Below, in pieces: positions 1-7,581 of a stretch of DNA of 64,000 nucleotides; within the stretch, counting starts at the first letter, position 1; each line of letters begins with the position of its first letter. The DNA comes from a virus. Below the pieces are notes generated by a model. It was not told where the DNA came from and made no database searches. It saw only the letters and a list, made by a program, of their open reading frames with translations. The DNA lies in the IMG/VR virus record IMGVR_UViG_3300003154_000004, positions 1 through 64,000 of that record; one strand, 5' to 3'. The position numbers and the translations under genes are program-made.

Positions 1-2
1 AT

Positions 3-65
3 GCGCACAGCTTTACATGCATGCGCATGCGTATGTGTGAAGCATTGTTGTAAAGCTGCATGCGC
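3..65. repeat. Nested palindromes: imperfect inverted repeat GCGCACAGCTTTACA (3-17) / TGTAAAGCTGCATGCGC (49-65, 2-nt bulge) enclosing the perfect 12-bp palindrome GCATGCGCATGC (19-30)
   Basis: Read directly from the sequence. It lies in gene-free DNA upstream of the packaging genes. Function is unknown. Confidence 0.7.
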
Positions 66-93
66 TCTCGTGCGTGCGTTAATTGACGACAGA

Positions 94-117
94 ATGAATT
101 ATGAATCACAATTCATA
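94..117. repeat. ATGAAT direct repeat (94-99, 101-106) plus 7-bp inverted repeat TATGAAT/ATTCATA (100-106 / 111-117)
   Basis: Read directly from the sequence, in an A/T-rich non-coding context. Confidence 0.6.
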
Positions 118-472
118 TTGCTGTGTAGAAATATAGTGTTTCGAATGTCTGCGAGTTGACATAATATCTATTATCAGACGCTAGAAGCTGTGCTCATGAC
201 GCGCAAGTATGCGATTTCATTAGATAAAGAGCACTACTCTCTAAATCATAGCGAACGCTCGTTCGACGTATGCTACGGGGTACCGCCCACAAAATTTTTC
301 CGCACTCACTCTCCACCACGTAACCCATTGTTTTCAGACATATTCCAAAGTAGGAATGCATCAGGAATATGCTCTGCATTCCTATTTCCAAGCAACCCAC
401 TCCATTTTCACCCTTTCTCTCACGATTCACGACCCTGGAGCAAGATTATGATCCAGACCCCCTTTTTCTACC

Positions 473-535
473 CCATACTAATAGCCATACTATTGACCAC
501 ACTCATGCCTATCCTCTTGATTAGTGTCCATACAC
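473..535 (+). repeat. Three CCATAC boxes (CCATACTA at 473-480 and 485-492, CCATACAC at 528-535) in a G-poor gene-free tract
   Basis: Direct reading. The boxes lie about 150-200 nt upstream of the putative small terminase gene. Function is unknown; candidate pac or TerS-binding boxes. Confidence 0.4.
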
Positions 536-581
536 ACCCTCTCACACCCATTCTGTCAACCCTTAGTGTAAGGAAAACTTC

Positions 582-611
582 TTGACAGAGAGAAACAACG
601 CCGTGTACAGT
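582..611 (+). promoter_or_regulatory. Sigma70-like promoter candidate: TTGACA - 18 nt - TACAGT, with TG just upstream of the -10
   Basis: Perfect -35 hexamer at 582-587 and a -10-like hexamer at 606-611, positioned upstream of the terS-like ORF. Confidence 0.3.
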
Positions 612-687
612 GTCAAAGAACAGTAGGGTTTGTGAAAGGCTGAGGTTATACACGGTTTTTGTTATAATGAGAAAGGGGGCGGAAACA

Positions 688-1299
688 ATGAATAGAGATG
701 AACATGGGAGTTTGAATCCTGATCGGGGGAGCGTGAGAGTACAAAGAGAAGTAAGTGGGGAGGTAATTACAGAGGAGTTGCTGGTAAAGATGTGGGATGC
801 TGCTCCCCCTTGTGCTCTCACTCGTTGCCCTGTTTACGGGATGTGCGAACATCCTAAGATTGGCCGTTGTGGGCTCCAGCGGCAGTACGTTTCTTCTATT
901 ACGGATGTTGTGATAGGCAAGAAGCTGCTCGTGACGCAGGAGCAGATGTTGAGATTTGGTATGCATCTGGCTCCTTTGTATAAGATGTTGTGCAGGTTTC
1001 AGATGGAGGAAGTAGCGTTGGAGAGTGTATTGTCTATGACAGAGAAGGGGAATACTATTGTCCATCCACTGTTCCGGGAAATACGTGAGACGTTGAAGAC
1101 GATAGATGGGATATGGGCGAAGATGGGGTTTGATGGGCATGCGCCTAAGGGGGAGCTACCGCTTCGCCCACACCGGGGTCGCACGGCTGCAACAGGGGCA
1201 CGGGGGAATATTGTCGAAGCAGAGTTCAAAGCCGCACAATCTCGCCGTGCAAATCGACTCGTACAGCGTGTACCAAGTGCGGGGGTGCGCGTGGGGTAG
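688..1299 (+). CDS. Putative terminase small subunit (P27-family-like)
   Basis: ORF 610-1299 lies immediately upstream of terL. ATG 688 is preceded by AAGGGGG; the start is uncertain (610, 667 or 688). The segment GNTIVHPLFREIRETLKTIDGIWAKMGF resembles the conserved C-terminal region of P27-type TerS. Confidence 0.4.
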   Translation: MNRDEHGSLNPDRGSVRVQREVSGEVITEELLVKMWDAAPPCALTRCPVYGMCEHPKIGRCGLQRQYVSSITDVVIGKKLLVTQEQMLRFGMHLAPLYKMLCRFQMEEVALESVLSMTEKGNTIVHPLFREIRETLKTIDGIWAKMGFDGHAPKGELPLRPHRGRTAATGARGNIVEAEFKAAQSRRANRLVQRVPSAGVRVG

Positions 1300-1322
1300 A
1301 ATCGGAATAAGGGGTTGCTGAC

Positions 1323-3311
1323 ATGTGGAAAATGAGCGGGAAGAAATTGCTGAAGAGGAGAGAAGGCGTTACGGGGTGGTTAAAGGAGCGGAACGCGACA
1401 ATGAAGGCAGCGAGGGCTGCGAGGAAAGTTGTTGTTGCCGATGACCCCGCGTATTTAGACTCCTTGTACACACCACAGTATGAGCCTAAGGGCTTTACGG
1501 ATGGGGCGGAAGGAATGATAGTGTGGGCAGAGGAAATGTGCTCCTTGCCCATCTACGCACCTGGTGAGGAGGTTGCTACCTGGGTACCTATTTACGATCT
1601 ACCGAAAGAACCCCACTCTGAGACGGGCAAGACGTACTGGGGGATATGGGAGGAGCAGAAAGCTATATTGCGGCGGGCGTTGCAGATGGTGGATGGGCGA
1701 TTCCTTTGTAACTTGATCGTGCTGTGCTGGATGAGGGGGGAAGGGAAATCTCTGCTCGCGTGCCTGATCCAGTTGTGGAAGTTCTTCTGCTGGCCCAGGC
1801 AGCAAATCATGCTTGGCGCGAACTCGCGGGATCAGGTTAAGTTCGTCCACTTCGATATTATGCGTGATATGATCCTTGAATCCCCCCCATTGCTGAAGGC
1901 GATTGGGAGTAGGAAGAACATTCAGGAGAAGGAAATACGGTTGTTAGATGAGAAAGGGGAGATTAACAGTATAATCCGAAGTATTTCATCGTTTTCAGGG
2001 ATCGTATCGAATATTACGGGGTTTACATTCTCGGAAATCTTCGATATGAAGAACCCAAAGTTTTATTCGCAACTGTACGGGTCCATTCGTAATATTCCAA
2101 ATGCGCTTGGGGTCATTGACTCCACCGTCTCAGACAAGAAGCACATCCTGTACCAACTGTATGACAACACGCAGACAGGCAAGACAAAGAAGGTATTCTT
2201 TTCGTACAGATTCAGTGCGTCAGGGACACAAGGGGACTACTGGAACCCGAACATGACGGATGACCAGCTGAACGACTACCGTGTGAACTTCCCCTTTGGG
2301 GACTTCGAGCGGTACTTTTTGAATCTGTGGACGGCAGGGGCACAGAGGGTCTTTACAGATGAGGAGATTGAGGAGTGGCAAGTGGCAGGAATCAACGGGG
2401 AATTGTTGAATACGAAAGAGGTAAAGGAGGCATGGGCAAGGATTAATGAGTGGCAGACCCAGAAGCAAACGATGGAAAATAAGGGGATCTTCACGATGGG
2501 GGCAGAAGTAGACGAGAAGATCTTTAAGGTACAGCAGCAGATGCGGTACTTTGAAACACCCACGACCACTCGCCATCCATCATCCATCATTGTTGAACCA
2601 ACGTTAGATTGCGTGCTCGAATTGACGGAGGTATTTGATACAAACTGGGTGTTGCTGGCAGGAGTTGATATGGCGGACCCAATGGCGGTACGGGGGGAGG
2701 CCCGTACGATGCTGCCTTTCTTGCTGAAAGGCTTGCCTGGCAGTCGTAGTCACCCAGTTTACGAGGATGTGGCACAAGGAAATATTCCTTACTTGTACAT
2801 TCTTCTTCGTTTGTGCCACATTACGGACCACTCGTTGAGCCACGTCAAGGAGTTAGTGGATGAGATGCATGAGGAATTAGGTGGGGTGCAGTCGTTTTGC
2901 GGGGAGCGGTGGGGAATTTGGGATATGCAAGTATGGTGTGATGAGAGGGAGATTGCTTTTACGGCTGTTTACCCTACTTATGATCGTCAGAAGGAGGGGT
3001 TCAAGGAGTTGTACATAGCGACAAAGAAAGGGCGATTTAAAGCACCCCCGGTTCATATTGCTGGTGCGAAGGGGCCTGACATTCTTCGTGAAGAAGCTGC
3101 AATGTTCGATCATGACCCGTTCAAGAAGTGGTTTGGGAGCCCTGAGAAGTTCGAGCGCCACGGGGTGCAGGATGACTCGTTATATGGAATTATTTGGGGA
3201 ATGTACGGGGGGAGAATGCTAGGTAGTGAGGATTTTGTGGAGCGAGCAACTGGGAGTGAGAATTTTGGCATGTTTGTAGGTACAGATAGAAGATTGCAAG
3301 GAAGATACTAA
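1323..3311 (+). CDS. terL: Terminase large subunit
   Basis: 662 aa. Walker-A-like motif CWMRGEGKS. Located just upstream of the portal, protease and capsid genes. RBS AAGGGG sits 9 nt upstream. Confidence 0.85.
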   Translation: MWKMSGKKLLKRREGVTGWLKERNATMKAARAARKVVVADDPAYLDSLYTPQYEPKGFTDGAEGMIVWAEEMCSLPIYAPGEEVATWVPIYDLPKEPHSETGKTYWGIWEEQKAILRRALQMVDGRFLCNLIVLCWMRGEGKSLLACLIQLWKFFCWPRQQIMLGANSRDQVKFVHFDIMRDMILESPPLLKAIGSRKNIQEKEIRLLDEKGEINSIIRSISSFSGIVSNITGFTFSEIFDMKNPKFYSQLYGSIRNIPNALGVIDSTVSDKKHILYQLYDNTQTGKTKKVFFSYRFSASGTQGDYWNPNMTDDQLNDYRVNFPFGDFERYFLNLWTAGAQRVFTDEEIEEWQVAGINGELLNTKEVKEAWARINEWQTQKQTMENKGIFTMGAEVDEKIFKVQQQMRYFETPTTTRHPSSIIVEPTLDCVLELTEVFDTNWVLLAGVDMADPMAVRGEARTMLPFLLKGLPGSRSHPVYEDVAQGNIPYLYILLRLCHITDHSLSHVKELVDEMHEELGGVQSFCGERWGIWDMQVWCDEREIAFTAVYPTYDRQKEGFKELYIATKKGRFKAPPVHIAGAKGPDILREEAAMFDHDPFKKWFGSPEKFERHGVQDDSLYGIIWGMYGGRMLGSEDFVERATGSENFGMFVGTDRRLQGRY

Positions 3312-3324
3312 AGAAAGGAATTGG

Positions 3325-3353
3325 TTGACAATGTCTGAAATATCGTGAAATAT
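3325..3353 (+). promoter_or_regulatory. Promoter-like element: TTGACA - 17 nt (ending in TG) - AAATAT
   Basis: Perfect -35 at 3325-3330, 14 nt after the terL stop codon. The -10 region is A/T-rich with a TG-extended context. Confidence 0.3.
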
Positions 3354-3359
3354 TCTACT

Positions 3360-3458
3360 TGCCCGCATGAAATCACTCATTCTTGTCCTCCGTGAGTGAT
3401 TTCAATCCCCAAAGCCTGCGCTGAGCCCGACCCCCTCAGTCGCAGGCTTTCTTTTTTT
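3360..3458 (+). ncRNA. Candidate small RNA of about 100 nt: 12-bp hairpin (3368-3404, loop UUCUUGUCCUCCG) followed by an intrinsic terminator
   Basis: A promoter-like element lies upstream, there are two strong stem-loops, a U-tract marks the 3' end, and there is no ORF. Confidence 0.3.
3411..3458 (+). terminator. Rho-independent terminator
   Basis: AAAGCCTGCGCTGAG (3411-3425) pairs with CTCAG-T-CGCAGGCTTT (3435-3450), giving 15 bp with one bulged T and a 9-nt loop. It is followed by CTTTTTTT. Confidence 0.75.
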
Positions 3459-3460
3459 GG

Positions 3461-3489
3461 TTGACAAACCCTTTTCTTACCTGTATTCC
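3461..3489 (+). promoter_or_regulatory. Promoter-like element: TTGACA - 17 nt (ending in TG) - TATTCC, upstream of the portal gene
   Basis: Perfect -35 at 3461-3466, directly after the terminator U-tract. The -10 is weak. Confidence 0.35.
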
Positions 3490-3529
3490 TATATCTAATA
3501 CAAATCTTTCTTATAAGGAGCACTAGTAA

Positions 3530-5242
3530 GTGGGCACGAACGTGACGAAAAACAACGAACAGCTCCTTCAAGCCATCGATGCAATCCCTGATGACGTTCT
3601 TTCCTACCTGACATTCAAGATGAGTGTACCTTGGCAGTATGAGGACATGGAAGGCGGGTATGTAGATCCGGACAAGGGCTTCTCCACCCTTGATTCTGGA
3701 TCTCAGAAAGGGGAGGATGTTGCAACGATAAAGAAGTTGCAGCAGGCGTGCTGGATTAAATTCAATCGCAATCCCCAGATGAATACGGCTGTTCGAGGGC
3801 AAGTTGGGCGAATGGTCGGGATGGGGTTTGGAGTTTCATCGGAGTATATTGATATTGACGATCTGATAAGGGAGATTACGCTGGATCCCCGCAATCGATT
3901 GCTCCAACAATGGCCCAAATTCGTGGGCAGATCGAACATTGATGGGGAATTATTCCTCTGTTTGACGCTTCACACTGACGGGTTTATTGAAATTGACTTC
4001 ATCGATCCATCAAATTTAGATGGTGGAGATGACGGAACAGGTATCATTTTCCACCCTCAGAAGAGCAATTTCCCTCTCTTTTACCGCATTCAGCAGCAGG
4101 ATGAAGCGAAGGAATACGTCCTGATTCCATCGATAAACATTGCCTTATACCCCGAATTGACTGCAATAGCGAAGAAATCGAACCATTGGGCAGATAAAGA
4201 GGTGGCGTTGAGTCGGTCAAATAAGCCTGCTTACAAGGCATTTAGTGGGTTTTACCGTTTCATTGTCGCTTGGGATAAGGGATGGATGGTCAGACGCGCT
4301 GTTTCCCACCTTCGCACGACCCTCGAGTGGCTTAACTACTACGAAGACCTCAAAAAGTATGAAATTGACCACAAAAAGAGTGCTGGGGCTTATGTTTGGT
4401 GCTTCAAGATTGTGGATCCTAAGGCGTTTAAAGTCTGGTTGAAACTTTCAGATGAAGATAAGCGTAAGACAGCCCCTTTTGCGAAGAAAACACCAGGTGC
4501 ATCATTGGTTCTCCCCCCTGGGATGGAGCTTGAGGTTCTCAGCCCGAAGCTTACGTCCATTTCTGATGAAGATACGGACATTTTGCACATGAGTACATCG
4601 GGTCTGAACGAGTCAGAGGACATGACGATGGGGGCAAATAAGGGCACGTATGCATCGATTAAAGCTACTCGTGCCCCGATGACCGATCGTATCTCCGATG
4701 AACTTGCATATTTTGGGCGATGGTTGCGACATGATTTCTGGCATGGAATTTTTTATATCACTTCGAAGATCAGGAAAGATTTCAAATACTGGCGTGAAAT
4801 CGAGGAGTGTGTTGGTTTCAAAGAGGTGAAACGCAAGAAGGATGACCCAGAGATTGATGATTACCGTCCAAAACTAGAGCCGAAGATGGCAAAACGGAAG
4901 AGAAGGGTTGATGAACTGCTTGAAATTGATTGGCCGACATCGGAGATGACTGATTATGAGGCTCGTGCGAAGGGGTTACTCGGTACAAAGCATGGTCCAT
5001 TGAGTGAAACGATCGGGGTGCCAAACTCCGAGATTGCAAAGAAGATGGGTTTTGAAGCGTATGGTAGTCACAGATTGCGCAAGGCTACGGAAGACATGAA
5101 ATACCCGAAACTTGTGTACAGCCTCGATGCCGAATCTCTGCAAGAGAAGTCAGAGAACAAGCAGAGTCAACCCAATTCGAGTGGTAAAGATAGTGGTAAT
5201 AAAGGTAAAGATAAAGGGGGTGATCAAAACGGACAGAAGTAG
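3530..5242 (+). CDS. Portal protein
   Basis: 570 aa. GTG start with AAGGAG 11 nt upstream. Canonical position between terL and the prohead protease. Confidence 0.7.
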   Translation: MGTNVTKNNEQLLQAIDAIPDDVLSYLTFKMSVPWQYEDMEGGYVDPDKGFSTLDSGSQKGEDVATIKKLQQACWIKFNRNPQMNTAVRGQVGRMVGMGFGVSSEYIDIDDLIREITLDPRNRLLQQWPKFVGRSNIDGELFLCLTLHTDGFIEIDFIDPSNLDGGDDGTGIIFHPQKSNFPLFYRIQQQDEAKEYVLIPSINIALYPELTAIAKKSNHWADKEVALSRSNKPAYKAFSGFYRFIVAWDKGWMVRRAVSHLRTTLEWLNYYEDLKKYEIDHKKSAGAYVWCFKIVDPKAFKVWLKLSDEDKRKTAPFAKKTPGASLVLPPGMELEVLSPKLTSISDEDTDILHMSTSGLNESEDMTMGANKGTYASIKATRAPMTDRISDELAYFGRWLRHDFWHGIFYITSKIRKDFKYWREIEECVGFKEVKRKKDDPEIDDYRPKLEPKMAKRKRRVDELLEIDWPTSEMTDYEARAKGLLGTKHGPLSETIGVPNSEIAKKMGFEAYGSHRLRKATEDMKYPKLVYSLDAESLQEKSENKQSQPNSSGKDSGNKGKDKGGDQNGQK

Positions 5243-5249
5243 ACTATTG

Positions 5250-6860
5250 ATGCAGTTGGTGGCAGGTGGGGACATCCCCCTTGATGTTGTGAAAGGGGGT
5301 TTTGAAGTCCCTTCCCCAATATTCCAACGGGGAGCGTACAGATTTTTGGATGAGATGAACTTCCTCACAGAACCCTCAAAGCTGGCTCTCTTTCGGGAAG
5401 AAATCGATGCGATGGTAAAGGCAGGGGAGGCAATTCTCGTGACGGAGAGCTTGTTGACCGTTAATACCGTCGCCCCAGTACGTTGCGAGTCGAATGGGCA
5501 AAAATCTGATAATGGTTCTATAGGAATCATTTCAATTCAAGGTTCAATTGCATACAAAGAGAGTTTCTGGTCGAGGATATTTGGACTGCCAACATATGAG
5601 GGTATCAAACGATCGTTTGCAATGTTGAGTGGCGATGAATCAGTGAAGGCTATTCTGATGGTGGTCAATAGTCCTGGGGGTAATGCTCTAGGAATGGCTG
5701 AGACATCGAATTACATCTACTCTTTGCGGGAGAAGAAACCTATTCTTGCCTTTGCAGAAGGTATGATGTTGTCTGCGGCTTATGGGTTAGGGAGTGCAGC
5801 CGAGGAAGTTTACGTTATGAAGGAAGGTGATGTGGGGAGCATTGGGGTTTTAATGCAACTCGTCAACTTTACGAAGGCATTGGAAATGGAGGGAATTGAG
5901 GTTAATTATGTTTATGCGGGGGAGGAGAAGATTGATCTTTCTCCGTATAGGCCTCTCCCTGATCGTGCTCGAAGCAGGTTGCAGAAGCAGGTAGATGCAC
6001 TTTACGAATCATTTACGGAACTGACGGCGCGAAATCGGGGAACGACACAGAAAGCAATGAAGGATACAAAGGCAGCTATCTTTATGGGAGAGGAGGGGGT
6101 AAAAGTAGGTTTGGTTGATGGGGTAAAAACATACGAAGAAGTTATTGCAAGGACGGCTGAGAGGGCTGGAGGTGCTAAGAGTTTTAGAGCATCTACAGAA
6201 TTTGTTGGGGAGGCCACAAAAAATAGGTTTACAAACGGAAACGAAACCTCTACAACAGAAGAAACAGTAACGGATCAGGTAGTAGTTTCATTAACTGAAA
6301 AAAGTGAGGAGGTGAATAAGGAAATGCCGATCGATCTCAAGAAATTGCAAACAGAAGATCCGGTGGCTTACGCAGCGTTGATGTCAGAAGCAACGGTAGT
6401 GGCGGAGCAGAAGACGGCACAGAAGGTTGCCGAGCTTCAGTCCGAAAATGCCAGGCTGAAGGAAGAGGGTGTTGCCACGACTGCGCGAATCAATGCGCTT
6501 GAAAAAGTGGAAGCCCTGCGCACGATGCGTGAGCAGAAGGTGACGGCAGATGGGATTTGGGCAAGTGCTCTGAAATCCAGTGAGATTCCTGATAGTATGT
6601 ATGGGAAGGTGATGCAGATGATCAATCACCAGAACTACGTGAAGGAGAACAAACTGGATGAGGCTGCATTCGCGGCTGCTGTTAAGGCGGAAATCGAAGA
6701 CTGGGAAAGCAAAGGCGCCAAGCAGTCGGTAATGGGGTTTGGTGGTTCCTCGAAAGAGAAAGAGGAAGCCGAACTTCGTTCCGCGCAAGAGAAAGCCGAA
6801 GTGACCAAGGCTGCCGATGCAATGCTGGCTTTTGCAGGTCAGCCCCAAAAAACCGTGTAA
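5250..6860 (+). CDS. Prohead protease (S49/SppA, lambda gpC-like) fused to a coiled-coil scaffold domain
   Basis: S49 motifs are present: VVNSPGGNALG, KPILAFAEGMMLSAAYGLGSAA, GDVGSIGV. The C-terminal third is Ala/Glu/Lys-rich. Start is taken as ATG 5250, after the portal stop; the 5112 extension overlaps the portal gene. Confidence 0.85.
   Translation: MQLVAGGDIPLDVVKGGFEVPSPIFQRGAYRFLDEMNFLTEPSKLALFREEIDAMVKAGEAILVTESLLTVNTVAPVRCESNGQKSDNGSIGIISIQGSIAYKESFWSRIFGLPTYEGIKRSFAMLSGDESVKAILMVVNSPGGNALGMAETSNYIYSLREKKPILAFAEGMMLSAAYGLGSAAEEVYVMKEGDVGSIGVLMQLVNFTKALEMEGIEVNYVYAGEEKIDLSPYRPLPDRARSRLQKQVDALYESFTELTARNRGTTQKAMKDTKAAIFMGEEGVKVGLVDGVKTYEEVIARTAERAGGAKSFRASTEFVGEATKNRFTNGNETSTTEETVTDQVVVSLTEKSEEVNKEMPIDLKKLQTEDPVAYAALMSEATVVAEQKTAQKVAELQSENARLKEEGVATTARINALEKVEALRTMREQKVTADGIWASALKSSEIPDSMYGKVMQMINHQNYVKENKLDEAAFAAAVKAEIEDWESKGAKQSVMGFGGSSKEKEEAELRSAQEKAEVTKAADAMLAFAGQPQKTV
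6324..6860 (+). CDS. Nested in-frame scaffold protein (lambda Nu3-like) from an internal start
   Basis: In-frame ATG 6324 is preceded by GAGGAGGTGAA. The same strong SD context is used by the decoration-position and capsid genes. The downstream 178 aa are a coiled-coil scaffold-like sequence. Confidence 0.5.
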   Translation: MPIDLKKLQTEDPVAYAALMSEATVVAEQKTAQKVAELQSENARLKEEGVATTARINALEKVEALRTMREQKVTADGIWASALKSSEIPDSMYGKVMQMINHQNYVKENKLDEAAFAAAVKAEIEDWESKGAKQSVMGFGGSSKEKEEAELRSAQEKAEVTKAADAMLAFAGQPQKTV

Positions 6861-6887
6861 GAGGGTTTTGAAAGGAGGTGAAGATAC

Positions 6888-7553
6888 ATGCCCAGTGATA
6901 CCCCGAATGTCATTCGTGACATTCTAACGCAAGAAGATTACCGGCGTCTGTACTACAGCGAGCCCGAAGCTGCATTGAAAGTGCCCGCTGCACTGCAGGC
7001 AGGATATGGGATCTGTCGGATGGGGCAAGCTCTTGCCAAGAATGGCTCCACCATAGGGGGGAAGAACAAGCTGTTCCCCTACGACCCGTCCACGATTGAC
7101 GGAACCCAAGAGGATCACCCGCGTTTGTATGTTGTCGCCGAACCTGCCGCAAACGTTTACGCTTACGTCACGATCCCCGACAGCTACAAGATCGAAGTTG
7201 GGGATGATGTGTATGTCATTGACGCGAATACGGCGGAGAGAAGTCTTGGTGCCGTCGCTGCGATCGACAGGACGACATACTCACATATGGCAAAGATTAC
7301 GACCACCATTGCATTGACCACTGATTATACCATTGCGCAGTTCGCGTATTTGGTGATCAAGGGTTATAGCACGGCGGTGGCAGTTCTCGAAAACTCGAAA
7401 GATACCGGAGAAGGTAAGAATGCGAAGGGCGCAAACGGAGCAGTCATTCTTGGTAACTGTGTACTCTACGCGGGTCGTTTGACCAACGTAGATGCCGCTG
7501 CCATTACTGATCTGTCCGCTGTTGCCTGGGGCAATTTCTTGTACATCCGGTAA
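6888..7553 (+). CDS. Head protein at the decoration-protein position (function uncertain)
   Basis: 221 aa. SD AAAGGAGGTGAA. Lies between the protease/scaffold and the major capsid gene, as gpD does in lambda. Confidence 0.4.
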   Translation: MPSDTPNVIRDILTQEDYRRLYYSEPEAALKVPAALQAGYGICRMGQALAKNGSTIGGKNKLFPYDPSTIDGTQEDHPRLYVVAEPAANVYAYVTIPDSYKIEVGDDVYVIDANTAERSLGAVAAIDRTTYSHMAKITTTIALTTDYTIAQFAYLVIKGYSTAVAVLENSKDTGEGKNAKGANGAVILGNCVLYAGRLTNVDAAAITDLSAVAWGNFLYIR

Positions 7554-7581
7554 ATAAACTCTTGAAAGGAGGTGAAAGTAG

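Noticed and set aside
207-240. Possible third copy of the 47-nt element (GTATGCGA...AAAGAGCAC)
   Set aside because: Only an 8-nt core and a short second block match. The spacing differs and the reading frame does not correspond, so the match is within chance expectation.
190-585. 131-aa plus-strand ORF, together with minus-strand ORFs 194-430 and 468-821, in the left non-coding tract
   Set aside because: None has a Shine-Dalgarno sequence. Their composition is Pro/Ser/His/Leu-rich and non-protein-like, driven by the G-poor DNA. The 468-821 ORF runs antisense into the terS-like gene. Treated as non-coding.
5112-5249. N-terminal extension of the protease ORF (start at 5112)
   Set aside because: It overlaps the portal gene's 3' end by 131 nt in another frame and is Lys/Val/Ile low-complexity. 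ATG 5250, right after the portal stop codon, is the sensible start.
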